Of a stretch of DNA of 64,000 nucleotides, positions 11,635 through 23,759 are shown piece by piece. The notes beneath the pieces were generated by a model. That model had not been told where the DNA came from. It worked only from the letters and a program-made list of their open reading frames with translations, and did not search any database. Origin of the DNA: Hypanus sabinus (taxonomy: Eukaryota). Within the stretch, counting starts at the first letter, position 1, and each line of letters begins with the position of its first letter. The translations under genes were made by a program, and so were the position numbers. The stretch spans positions 13,330,001 through 13,394,000 of the forward strand of contig NC_082730.1 in the NCBI RefSeq assembly GCF_030144855.1. The letters run 5' to 3'.

Positions 11635-14000
11635 TCATAGAGTAATAGAGTCATAGAACTGTACTGCACAAAACAGGCCATTCGGCCCTTTAATTCATGC
11701 TGAACTGATTTAAACTACCTACTCTCATTGACCTGCACAAGGGCTATAGATCTCCAGACCCCTCCTATCCATACACCTATCCAAACTTCTCTTTAACATT
11801 GAAATTGAGCATGCGTGCACCCCTTGTGCTGGCAGTTTGTTCCACAATCTCATGACCCTCTGAAGAATTTTCCCCTAATATTCCCTTTAAACTTCTCACC
11901 TTTCACCCTCAACCCTTGACGTAGCCCCACCCAACGTCAGTAGAAAGAAGTCTGCTTGCACTTACCCTATCAATTGTCCCTCATAATTTTTATACCTTTA
12001 TCAAATCTCCCCTGAGCCTTTTACACCCCAAGGAATATAGTCCTAGCCGACTCAATCTTTCCATCTAACTCAGATCCTCCGGACCTGGCAACATCCTTTT
12101 ATATTTTCTCCATACTCTTTCAACATGATTTGCAAATTTCCTGTAGGCAGAAGACCAAAAGTGCACACAATACTGCAAATTAGGCCTCAACAACATCTTA
12201 TACAACTTCAACATTACATCTCATCTCCTGTACTCAATACTTTGATTTACGAAAGCCAATGTGCCAAAAGCTTTCTTTACGACCCTATCTACCCATGATG
12301 CCAGTTTCATTGAATTATGGACCTGTATTCCCAGATCTCTTTATTCCACTGCACTCCTCAGTGCCCTACTGTTCACTGTGTGAGACCTACCCTGGGTGGT
12401 CCTACTGAAGTGCAACACTTTGCACTTGTTTGCATTAAATTCCATCTACCATTTTTCCAGCTGGTCCAGATCCCACTGCAAGCCATCATAGCCTTCCTTG
12501 CTGTCCACTAAAACCCCAGTCTTGGTGTCATGCACAAATCTGCTGATCCAGTTAATCCACATTATCACCCAGATGGTTGACATGGATGACCAACAACAAC
12601 AGATCCAGCACCGATCCCTGCAGCACCCCACTGTTCACAGGCCTCCAGTCAGAGAGGCAACCACCTACTACCACTCTCTGGCTTCACCCACAAAGCCAAT
12701 GTCTAATCCAATTTACTACCTCATCTTGAATGCTGACCTTCTTGACCAACCTCCCATGCGACACCTTGTTAAATGCTTTGCTAAAGACTATGTAGGCAAC
12801 TTCCACTACTTTGCTTTTATCAACCTTACTGGTAACTTCCCCAAAAAACTCTATAAGATTGATTAGACACAATTTACTACCCATGAAGCTATGCTAATTA
12901 TCCTTAATCAGTCCATGTCTATTCAAATACTCATAAATGATCCCTTAGAATACCTTCCAATAATTTTCGCAATACTGATATCAAGCTCATTGGCCTACGG
13001 TTTCCGGATTTATTTTTTAGACCCTGTCTTAAACAGCTGAATAACATTGGCTAGCCTCCAATCATCTGGTACCTCAGCTGTACCCAAGGATGATTTAAAT
13101 ATCTCTGCTAGGGCCCTGGAAATTTCTGCACTTGCCTCCCGAAGGGTTTCAGGGAACACTGTGTCAGGCCCTGGGGATTTATGCATCCTAATTTGCCTCA
13201 AGGCAGCAAACACCTCCTCCTCTGTAATCTGTACAGAGTCCATGAAGTTGATGCCACTTTGCCTCACTTCAATAGACTCTGTGTCCTTCTGAGTAAATAC
13301 AGATGCAAAAAAAATCATTTAGGATTTCCCCCATTTCTTCTAGCGCAATGTAAAGAATACCATTCTGATCTTTCAGTGGACCATGTTTGTCCCTTGCAAA
13401 CCTTTTGGTCTTAACATATCTGTAGAATCCCTTAGAATTCTCCTTTACCTTGCCTGCCAGAGTAAGCTCATGCCTTCTTTTAGCCCTCCTGATTTAATTT
13501 TTAAGTGTTCTCTTGCACTTCTTATACTCCATTAGTACCTCATTTGTTCCTAACTGCCTACACCTGCTATGCATTTCTTTTTTTTTTCTTAACCAGGACC
13601 TCAATATCTGTTTAAAACTAAGGTTTATTACACTTATTATCTTTACCTTTTATTCTGACATACAAGCTTTGTACTCTCAAAATTTCACTTTTGAGGGCCA
13701 CCCACTTCCCAAGTGCACCCTTGCCAGAAAACCCTTGCCGTCCACAGATCCTGTCAAACTTGCCACATCCTTCCAGATCCTTCCTTTCCTATACAATCAA
13801 AATAGGCTTTTCTTCAATTTGCAATCTCAACCTGTGGACCAGAGCTATCTTTCTCCATATTCACTTCGAAACTGGTGACATTGTGATCACTGGATACAAA
13901 GTGTTCCCCTACACAAGCTACTGTCACCTGCCCTGTTTCACTCCCTAATAGCAGATCAAGTATCACACACTAGCTCATTGGGACTTCTATATACTGATTA
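11635..14000 (-). mobile_element. Fragmented CR1 LINE (3' tail, RT and APE pieces)
   Basis: Reverse CR1 tail (catagagt repeats). RT motifs CLINLIEFF.EVT..VD....V.V.Y..FSKAF.KV.HGRL and KSPGPD.VFP.TLREA. Confidence 0.85.
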
Positions 14001-15567
14001 AGGAAACTTTGCTGAACATATATGACAAATTCTTTCTCATCTAGTCCATTAGGAAATTTTGTTAATTATATGAACTGCAATAGAGAAGAGTTCCTTTCTT
14101 TCAAAATTGATAGTCAGGTTTCCAGTGTAATAAATATTATCATTGTTTATTTTATGTATATGCCCATCAATCATTTATCCTCATTTTCTTTCCTGCTGGT
14201 AACTTCAGACTTATTTTCTGTTTTACTCCACCTGCTGACTCAGATTTTTGTACCTGTCCCTATGAATCTTTAACCAGTCCATTACTACAGATCAGTTTTA
14301 CTCTCTGCTACTTCTACCCTACCTTCCTTTGTCTTCTGTCCATCCACCCCACCCTTTCCCTTCCATCTTCTTCTTCTGAAGTCCATCACCCCTACTGGTG
14401 CAATGGACCACTGATAGATGCTTTGCAGAATCCACCACCCTGGGCCAGACTTCCAAGAATTCTCAGTGTAGCCTGTCTATGACCCTTTCCATCCCGGTCA
14501 TTCCCCCTGGATACAAAAACTTGTGAGTGCATACCACCACGGTCAATATTCTGCTGTTATCAGACTCTTGAGCGGACCTCCAGTACGCTAAAAGGTGAAC
14601 TCTTGATTTCTCAATCTAGCTCACCATGGCCCTTGTAATTTATCTATTTATCTCGACTGCACTTTCTCTGTAACTGTAACACTGCATTTTGCATGCTGTT
14701 TCTTTTAGTGTCTTGATGTACTTCTGCCTGCATGGTGCATAAATAAGGTTTTTCCACTGTCTCTCAATACACGTGACAATATTAAATCAATACAAATATG
14801 GATAATAAACGAATATCAATCTCAAGGGTCATAGATGTAAGTGAAGTAGTCACTATGGAATTTCATAGGTAAAGATCAATAACAGGACAAGAAAGATTCT
14901 GCAGATGCTGAAAATCTTCAGTAACACACACAAAATGGTGGAGGATATCGGCAGGACATGTAGCACCTGTGGGGGGAGGGCGCGGGGGAATACAGTCCAT
15001 GTTTTATGCTGTTCCCCTTCCCCAGTCCTAGTGAAGTGACCTGGCCTGAAACATTGACTCTATTCCTGTCCATAGCTGCTGCCTGACCTGCTGAGTCCTT
15101 TCAGCATTTTGTGTGTGAAGATGAGGAAGAAGATATAATTCACCCACAAAGAGGTGAGCAGTCTGGACACAGAAAAGAGAAAACTGTGAAAGATGAGGAA
15201 AAGGAAGATGGGTAGAAATAGAGTGGATAAATGTATAAGACCATGAGACATTAGGAGCAGAGTTAAGCCTTTCGGCCCATTGAGTCTTCTCCACCATGCT
15301 ATCACGATTATTATCCTTCCCAACCCCATATTCCTGCTTTCTCCCCATAACCTTTGACACCCTTACTAACCAAGAACCTCCAGTTTTAATATACCCAATG
15401 ACTTGACCTCCGCAGCCATCTGTGGCAAAGAATTCCAAAGGGAATTCCAAAGTGTTCCAAAGGGACATCCCTCTAAGGAGTATTTAAGCATATTTAAACT
15501 CTGTAAAGACTGAAGATTTGCATGTTTGTAAGCACAAAAATCACAGAAATTTTAGATTGATTCGTAC

Positions 15568-15879
15568 CTTCAGAAATCTCCAGGATTTTAATCTGCACAA
15601 TCTCAAAGTAAACCGTGTCTGTTGCTCCACACCAGTAGTCTCCTTTATCTCCCTCGTTGGTCTGCTTTATGGTGACAGCAGAATCAGTGGAATTGTTTAT
15701 GATGATTGTTAGGTTTCTGCTGCCGTATTCAGAGCTAGCTATCAGACTGCAACTATTCACAGAGGTTACTTTACAGAGGAATTTCTCATATGATTTAAAT
15801 TGCTGCTCATAGTGGCAGTGTAGGCTGGTGGCATTTTGCATCACACCCTTCACCGTGGTATTGTCTGCTGTCCATGAAC
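15568..15879 (-). CDS. Gene A: Ig V exon V2, open reading frame
   Basis: 312 nt, phase 1-1, acceptor tttaccagcag|GT and donor GAAG|gtacga. Translation (G)SWTADNTTVKGVMQNATSLHCHYEQQFKSYEKFLCKVTSVNSCSLIASSEYGSRNLTIIINNSTDSAVTIKQTNEGDKGDYWCGATDTVYFEIVQIKILEISE, with 4 Cys and a C-x7-C loop. Confidence 0.88.
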
Positions 15880-15959
15880 CTGCTGGTAAATGAGAAAAGG
15901 AAGAAATGAGAGGTCTAAAGTATTGGGAATCGTGCTGACGGAACCTTCAGTACTGCACT

Positions 15960-17255
15960 TAGCTGGGGCTGTGTGAAAGGACTACTGACCATGAATGGGA
16001 GGGAGCCCAGCAGAACAGGCCTTGCCAAGTCTAAGAGATAATGCAAGAAGTTACGAAGGCTAAAGGAAAGCATGAAATTGCTGTAGCAGACAGGCTGAAG
16101 GAGAATCTCAAGGGAATCTACAGGTATGCTGAGATCAAAAGAATTGCAAGGGACAAAATTGGTCCTCTGGAAGACCAGAATGTTAACTCATGTGTGGAGT
16201 CAAAACAGATGGGGGAGATTTTAAATGCATTCTTTGTACCTGTATTTTCTTGCGAGACAGATACAGAGTTTATAGATGCGAGGCAAAGCAGAATCAACTT
16301 CATAGACCCTGTACAGACTACAGAGGAGGAGGTGTTTGCTACTCTTTGGCAAATCAGGGTGGATAATTCTCCACAGCCTGACAGAGTGTTCCCTCGGAGC
16401 CTGTGGGAGGGAAATGCAGAAATTGCCAGGGCCCCAGCAGAGATATTCAAAACATCTTTAGTGCCAGGATAGTTACAATAGGATTGAGGGATAGCCGATG
16501 TTGTTCCACTATTTAAAAAAGGCTTTAAACAGGGCACTGAGGAGTGTGGTAGACAAAGTGATCTGGGAATACAAGTTCATAATTCATTGAAAGTTGTGTC
16601 ACAGTTAGATAGGATCGTAAAGAAAGCTTTTGACACTTTGCCCTTCAGGAATCAAAGTACTGAGTCCCCAACATGGGACGTTGTGTTAAAGATGTATAAG
16701 ATATTGGTGAGGCCTGAATTTGGAGTATTGTGTGCGGTTTTGGTCATCTACCTGCAGGAAAGTTATAAATAAGGTTGAAAGAGTGCAGAGAAAATTTACA
16801 AGGATCTTGCTGGGTCTGGAGGACATGAGTTATAATGGAAGATTGAATAGGTTAGCATTGTATTTTTTAAGAATGTAGAAGATTAAGAGGAGATTTGATA
16901 GGGGTATACAAAATTAGGAGGGGTATAGATAGGGTAAATGCAAGTAAGCTTGTTTCACTGAGGTTGGGTGGGACTACAACCAGGGGTTAAGAGTGAACGG
17001 TGAGAACTTTAAGGGGAACATGAGGGGAATCTTTTCACTCAGAGGGTCAGGAGAGTGAGGAATGAGCTGCCAGCACAAGCAGTCTATGTGATTTCAATAT
17101 TTAAGAGAAGTTTGAATAGGTACATGGATAGTAGCGATACGGAGGACGATGGTCCCGGTGCAGGTTGCTGAAAGTGGGCAGATTAAATGATTTTGGCATC
17201 ATCTAGATGGATCAAAGGGCCTGTTTCTGTGCTGTACTTCTCTATGACTCTATGA
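15960..17255 (+). mobile_element. CR1 LINE fragments with internal deletions
   Basis: ORF 16041-16472 (KENLKG.YRY..KRIARDKIGPLEDQ..GEILN.FF) followed by an RT C-terminus and a (ctatgact)n tail. Confidence 0.85.
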
Positions 17256-17259
17256 TGTA

Positions 17260-18215
17260 CAGTACTGTGCAAAAGTCTTGGGCACATGTAAAAAATTCTG
17301 TAAAGTGAAGATATTTAAAAACCAATGAAATGAAAGGATTATGAATATCAAAACAATTATAAAAAGCTAAATCAAATCAATATGTGGAGTGACCACACTT
17401 TGCCTTTAAAGCTGCATAGTTCTTTTCGAGGCACGGTCGTGCAACTTTATAAGGAAATCGATTGGTGGGTTCTTCCAAGAATTTTGGAGAACTTGCCACA
17501 GTTCTTCTGAAAGACTTTGACTGTCTCAGTTGCTTCAGTCTCCCCAGGTTATCCCAGATGGCCACAATCATGTTGAGATTAGGGCTCTTTGGAGGCCATA
17601 TCATCAGTTGCAGATCTCCTTTTGCTGAAGATAGTTCTTTATGACCTTAGCCATGTGTTTGGGGTCATTGGCATGCTGCAGAATGAAGTTGGGACTGATC
17701 AGACACCTCCCTGATGGATGAGAAGTTGCTTGTACTTCTCAACATTGAAGATTCCAGTAATTCTGACCAGACCATCAAATCTATTTGCAGAAATGCCGCT
17801 GCAATCCTGCAGGGGACCCCTGCCATGCTTCACTGTTGGCTGCAGACACTCATCCATGTCACACTCTCTAGCTCTTCTACAGACAAACTGCCTCCTGTCC
17901 GCGTCAAAAGGTTCAAATTCTGACTCACCGGTCCAGAGCGCTTGCTGCCATTGTTCAACACCCCAGTCTTTACGTCTGTAGATGAGTCTCTTGGCTTTGC
18001 TTCAACTTTGGAGGAATGCTTTTTGGCAGCAACTCTTCCATGAAGACCACTCCCGACAATATTACATTGGACTATAGAGGGTTGTACTTGGGTTCCAGTT
18101 GTTTTTGTACGTTCAGAGCTGATAGCATTTCTGATCATCTTCTTGGGAGAAACCTTACTGATGCAAGATATCGCACTGTGTCCCAACCTTTCAATGACCC
18201 CCTTCGCTGTCAGAC
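17260..18215 (-). mobile_element. Tc1/mariner DNA transposon remnant
   Basis: TA followed by the TIR CAGTACTGTGCAAAAGT at 17260. The minus-strand transposase has WPPKSPNLN (WPxxSPDLN) and an HTH-region GLHGRVAAKK. The second TIR is not seen. Confidence 0.82.
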
Positions 18216-18510
18216 TGGACTACCTGAGCTGCTGAGTTCCTGCAGTATTTTGTGTTGATTGCAACCAATTTACTAATTTCTGTATCAGAAACGATTCTCT
18301 TCCCTCTCATTGATGCAGGGTCTGAATCTGACTCGCACCTTTCACATCTACAGTTGTTAAGTGGCCTCCTCAGTCCTTTCAGTGTCTAGAATCTGTTGTC
18401 TCTTCTCTCTTCTCTGATAACTCTTTGGGAAGTGAAGGTTACATCATGATCAATGTGTTCATTATGGGACTACAGTCCAGCTGGTACCCTGCCTTAATCC
18501 TAAGCCTTAC

Positions 18511-18824
18511 CTGTGGTAACCTTTAGTATTACAATGACTGAATAACGAAGAAACTGCGATTCATCTAAATATCCACAATAGTATATCCCAGAATCGTACA
18601 TCACAAGTTCTCTTTAGTTACAAACACAGATCCATTCTGTCTTTTGATTGATGTTCTTCCATTGTATTTATGGGTGACAGTGTCCACTATTAAAGTGCAA
18701 TGTTTTGAGGAGAGTGCTTTACACCAGACTATGTTTCTCCATTCCTGTGCTTGTGGACATTCCATTGTGACTGTTTCTCCCACTCCTGCTCGTCTCACCA
18801 TCTTGGAAACTTGCACCAATGAAT
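18511..18824 (-). pseudogene. Gene A: Ig V exon V1, with a 1-nt frameshift
   Basis: Acceptor tactgacag|AT and donor CACAG|gtaagg; 314 nt, one short of 315. It reads SLVQVSKMVRRAGVGETVTMECPQAQEWRNIVWCKALSSKHCTLIVDTVTHKYNGRTSIKRQNGSVFVTKENL, shifts frame at TTG-TG-ATG, then MYDSGIYYCGYLDESQFLRYSVIVILKVTT. All four Cys are present. Confidence 0.85.
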
Positions 18825-20909
18825 CTGTCAGTAAAATTTAAAGTCAAGGTATTAATATTTATTTATTGATTTTGTTTTATTTACAGATATAGCACAGTAA
18901 CAGGCCCTACTGGCCTAATGAGCCTGCGCAGCCCAATTGCACCCATATAACCAATTAACCCTCTAACTTGTATGCCTTTAGAATGTGGGACAAAACCAGA
19001 GCACGTGGAGGAAACACACACAGTCACAAGGCGAATGAACAAACTGCTTGCAGACAGGATCGGGAATTGAACCTGGATCACTGGTGCTATAATAGTGACA
19101 CGTAGAATATAAAATACTACAGCACAGTAGAGACACCGGCAGAATTGACCCTGGATCATTAGCATTGTAGTAGCATTACATAGAACATAGAACACTACAG
19201 CAGCTTACAGATACTTTGGCCCATGATATTGAGCCAATCTTTTAATCTACACTCAGATCAATCTAACCCTACACAGCTGTCTATTTTTTTCTCTATCATT
19301 TCTGTGTCTATCTAAGGGTCTCTTAAATGTCTCTTATGTACCTGCTCTACCATCAACCCTGGCAGGGCATTCCATGCATCACCCAATTTAAGTTTAGAAA
19401 TAATCTACCCCTAACGTCCCCCCCCCTTCCCTCCACCAATATCCTTAAATTATGCCCCTTGTATTAGCCAGTTCAGCACTGGGAAAAATCTCCAACTGCC
19501 CACTTGATCAACACCTCTTATCATCTTGTACACCTCTATCATGTCACCTCTCATCTTCCTCCAGTCCAAAGTGAAGAGCCCAAACTCACTCAACCCATCT
19601 TTGTACAACTCGTCTAATCCTGGCAGGAGCTTGGTAAATCTCCAATAACCATGACACTTCCATGCTGATAATTTATAGAATCTGAGCAAAATATTTCCAT
19701 AAACACGTTTCATGTAACTTAATCTCTGCTCACTTCTCCAGATCAATGGCTAATTATTATTACAACATAAAATGAAGCCATTTCAGCCCTTTGGGTCTAT
19801 GCAGTTTCATTTCTCACCAGTCCTTACAAAGAGCTGCTATAGACTAGATGGATCAAATAGCCTCCCACCATACCAAACCCATTCTATACTCTCATTTTCT
19901 GATGTGATGGCCCACAGTTCTTAAAGGACTAGACCAGGGGTCAGCAACCTTTACCACTGAAAGAGCCACTTGGACCCGTTTCCCACAGAAAAGAAAACAC
20001 TGGGAGCCGCAAAACCCGTTTGACATTTAAAATGAAATAACACTGCATACAACGTTTTGTTTTGCCTTTATGCTATGTATAAATAAACTATAATGTGTTG
20101 CATTTATGAAATTGATGAACTCCTGCAGAGAAAACGAAATTACATTTCTGCATGCAACAAAAACATTTTGAACTCCGAAAAAAAGACGTTGGGTTGAAGG
20201 TTACTTTTAAGTAAAATACTCAACGTCTATTTGAGTCCTTCTTGTATTTATGAAAAACGCCAAACTTAAATTTGCCGCCAGCAGCAAACCAAAAATAACG
20301 TCAGCCAGCTGTCAACCTGAAAAATAAAAGGACTATTTCACTGAACAATGAAAACATATGAATATACGTAAAATAATACGCAATTAAAATATTTATCATA
20401 CTTCTTCAGGTTGACTCACACCTGACAATGCAGTCGTATTCAGTAGGGATGGATCGATGCTTAGGGAAGTGACCGGGAAGGATAATGTGTTTTTATCCTC
20501 TCTGAACTCACAGAAGCGTTTCCCAAACGATGTTTGCATTGCGATGATTGCAGAATGTAAATACTCCGAATTTATCATGTCGTGACATTGTTTGAACTCT
20601 CTCAAATTGGGGAAGTGAGACAATGTGCCTTTCTGTAAATCTCTGGCAAGCAACGTCAACTTGCGCTCGAATGCAAAACATCCTCCAACATGTGCAGGGC
20701 TGTACGTCCTTACCCCGTTGAAGAGCTGTGTTCAGCGTGTTCAGGTGCGCTGTCATGTCTACCATGAAGTGTAGCTTTTCCAGCCACTCTGGCTGTTCCA
20801 GCTCAGGAAAGTTGAGCCCTTTGCTGCCCAGGAAAGTTTTCACTTCTTCCAGACGCGCGACAAAGCATTTCAGCACCTCCCCTCTGGACAGCCAGCGATA
20901 AAAACAAGT

Positions 20910-21123
20910 TGTAGCGGTTGCTACACGCAGTCAGTAAACTGCAGTCAAAGATAGCTTTATTCGAACTAAACAGCCTTGCTTTTAAGCCTCCCTCAACCCG
21001 CCCCCCATGGGCGCGGATGCTGCAAAAGACACGTACTCACAAACCCCCGTAGGCTATCTCCCTTAGCCTGAATGCTGGCTAATTGTGAGCCGGTTCGGAT
21101 GTGTCAGGAAATGGGTCGCCACA
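20910..21123 (-). mobile_element. Solo-LTR-like insert 1 inside the hAT element
   Basis: TGTAGCG...CGCCACA termini, 214 bp, AATAAA on the minus strand, flanks AAGT/ACGT. Confidence 0.6.
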
Positions 21124-21228
21124 ACGTCTTATTTAGATTGTACAAGATCACCATAATCTTCAAATTTAGATTTACATTTCAAAAACTAACAAACTAACAT
21201 AAAATACATATTAATTAAATACTGACCA

Positions 21229-21452
21229 TGTAGCGGTGTGCTACACGCAGCGCTAAAATTACGACACGGAGTCGGTAACTGCAGTCGAAGGAAAAAAACT
21301 TTATTCAAAATCTTCAGCCTCACTTTTAAGCCTCCCTCAACCTGCCCCCCCCCCCCCCATGGCGCAGAGGCTCCAAAGCTCTGTGCTCGCAAACCCCCGT
21401 AGGCTATCTTATTGTGAGTCGGTTCGGATGTGCCAGGAAAAGGGTCGCCACA
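21229..21452 (-). mobile_element. Solo-LTR-like insert 2 inside the hAT element
   Basis: TGTAGCG...CGCCACA termini, 224 bp, perfect 4-bp TSD ACCA. Related in sequence to insert 1. Confidence 0.7.
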
Positions 21453-22163
21453 ACCAATTATTTCCCAAAGCAACAGGGAGCCGCAGCACAGACGTAAAAG
21501 AGCCACATGTGGCTCCGGAGCCGCGGGTTGCCGACCCCCGGACTAGACAGTCATTACTGTGTTGCCTATTGTGGAAGTTTGCAATGCACAAATTGGCTGT
21601 TGGGTTTTCTGCATACCTTCGCACTTCAAAGTACTTCATTGTTTGTGAAGTGTGCTGTGAAATTTTCACAGACCTGTAGATTAAGTACCATAGAAACAGG
21701 TCCTTCAGCTCACTGAGTCTGTGCAGACCATGAAATACTCACTTTTATGAATCCCTTTCTCTTCCCCTCACGCTCCCATCAACACCCCTAGATACCATGG
21801 ACAAATTTCCTACCACGCTGTACATCTTTGGGATGTGGGACAGTGGGGTAATTCGAACACCCGGAGGAAACTCACACAGGGAGACATACCACAACAAAGA
21901 ACTGGAGGACAGATTAGGCCAAAAGCAAACCCTCTGTGCTGCACGTACTCCATAGAATTTCTTTGTGAATCCACCCCTCCACTACCTTTGTCTCAGCTCA
22001 CTATACCTCGTACTGAAAAGTAAAATTGATTGTCACCTTTCCTGATCCCTGTTGCTTATTCTCAGCAGTAGTGTTTCATCCCATGTCTGGTTACCAATGA
22101 CAATTTTTAAGGTTATATATAACTAGATGCTATAGGTCAATATAAGTAAAAGGAAATTCTTAC

Positions 22164-22203
22164 TTGCAATCACAGAGAGCAATAGCAGAGCAGCAAACAG
22201 CAT
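22164..22203 (-). CDS. Gene A: signal-peptide (leader) exon
   Basis: ATG CTG TTT GCT GCT CTG CTA TTG CTC TCT GTG ATT GCA A|gtaaga encodes MLFAALLLLSVIA and ends at a phase-1 donor that matches the phase-1 V exons downstream. Confidence 0.85.
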
Positions 22204-22255
22204 TGTTCCAGTGACGGTCCTCTGTTTCCAGTGACTGCGTCTACAATATACATTT

Positions 22256-22266
22256 CTTCCTCTTTT
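22256..22266 (-). promoter_or_regulatory. Candidate PU.1/ETS site in the proximal promoter of gene A
   Basis: The minus strand reads AAAAGAGGAAG about 55 nt upstream of the leader ATG, matching the purine-rich PU.1 consensus. No obvious TATA box. Motif match only. Confidence 0.35.
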
Positions 22267-22344
22267 TTTGAAAGATCTGTCATGGCTTGCATCATTTCCT
22301 CTTAAATTAACAAGTGTCTTTGCAATGTGATACAGAAAATGGGA

Positions 22345-23095
22345 CATTAAAAATAGACAATTGGTACAGGAGTAGGCCATTCAGCCCTTCTAGACAGCAT
22401 CGCCATTCACTGTGATCATGGCTGATCATACACAATCAGTACCCCATTCCTGCCCTCTCCCCATATCCCTTGACCCCACTATCTATAAGAGCTCTATCTA
22501 CCTCTCTCTTGAATGCATCCAGAGACCTGGCCTCCACTGCCTTCTGGGGCAGAGCATTCCACATATCCACCACTCTCTGGGTGAAAAAGTTTTTCCGCAT
22601 CTCAGTTCTAAATGGCCTACCCCTTATTCTTAAACTGTGGCCTCTAGTTCTGGACTCACCCATCATCGGGAACATGCTTCCTGCCTCTAGTGTGCCCAAT
22701 CCCTTAATAATCTTATATGTTTCAATCAGATCCCTTCTTATCCTTCTAAATTCCAGTGTATACAAGCCCAGTCACTCCAATCTTTCAACATATGACAGTC
22801 CCGTCATTCCGGGAATTAACCTTGTGAACCTACGCTGCACTCCCTCAATAGCAAGAATGTCCTTCCTCAAATTTGGAGACCAAAACTGCACACAATACTC
22901 CAGGTGGGGTCTCACCAGGGCCCTGTACAGCTGCAGAAGGACCTCTTTACTCCTACACTCAATTCCTCTTGTTATAAAGGCCAGCATGCCATTAGCTTTC
23001 TTCACTGCCTGCTGTACCTGCATGCTTGCTTTCATTGACTGATGTACAAGAACACCTAGATCTTGTTGTACTTCTCCTTTTCCTAAATGTCCAAA
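22345..23095 (-). mobile_element. Young 5'-truncated CR1 LINE
   Basis: Nearly open RT C-terminus across ORFs 22772-23341 and 22436-22765 (DLGVLVHQS.K..KANGMLAFI..LYRALVRPHLEYCVQFWSP..). It lies just upstream of the gene A leader. Confidence 0.9.
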
Positions 23096-23759
23096 TGTCC
23101 TAAACAAATGTCCTTTGTCACATGTTACTGTGTATATTGTTAAAAGTTCCCATTTTGGGGATACTGGAGGATGAGTCTTAACTGAATATAAGTACACACA
23201 GAGGCTAGAGGAACTGCTAAAAAAAAGCAGCATTACTTTCATCCTACACAAAATGCTGGAAGATCTCAGCAGACCAGGCAGCATCCCTGGAAAAGAGTAA
23301 AACATTGATGTTTCAGGCTGAGACCCTTCATTCAGACTCAAGATTAAGGGTCTCTGACTGTTTACGCTTTTCTCTGGATGCTGCCTGCCTGGCCTGTTGA
23401 GTCCTCCAACAATTTCTGTGAGCTGCTTGGATTTTGAATGTCTACAGGTTTTCTTTTGATGGTGGTTATCTTCATCCTTACTGTTTCAGTGGCAGAATGG
23501 ACAATATTCAGCATCTGAGTCACTGCCATCAGGAAGGACATACAGTAGCCTTAGGTCCCACACCACCAGGTTCAGGGACAGTAATTAACGCTCAACCATC
23601 AGGCCCCTGAACCAGAGGGGATTACTTCACTCACCACAACACTGAACTATTCCACAACCGACTGATTTACTTTCAAGGACTTTACAACTCATACCTTCAA
23701 TATTATTTATTTATCAAGGACTTTATAATCTATGTTCTCTATATTAACTATCTATCTTT

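Larger units (their letters stand above)
19935..21540 (-). mobile_element. hAT (Charlie/Buster, GTF2IRD2-like) internally deleted transposon
   Basis: TIRs CAGGGGTCAGCAACC and GGGTTGCCGACCCCCG, with a perfect 8-bp TSD GACTAGAC (19927-19934 and 21541-21548). The transposase fragment at about 20400-20900 reads RWLSRGEVLKCF..LEQPEWLEKLHFMVDMTAHLNTLN. Confidence 0.92.

Noticed and set aside
10423-18824. V exons as rearranging Ig/TCR V segments
   Set aside because: Each V exon ends in a GT splice donor with a complete G strand, I saw no CACAGTG heptamer/nonamer RSS at the 3' ends, and the 4-Cys pattern is CD300/pIgR-type.
22470-23042. 190-aa plus-strand ORF
   Set aside because: Antisense shadow of the CR1 RT frame.
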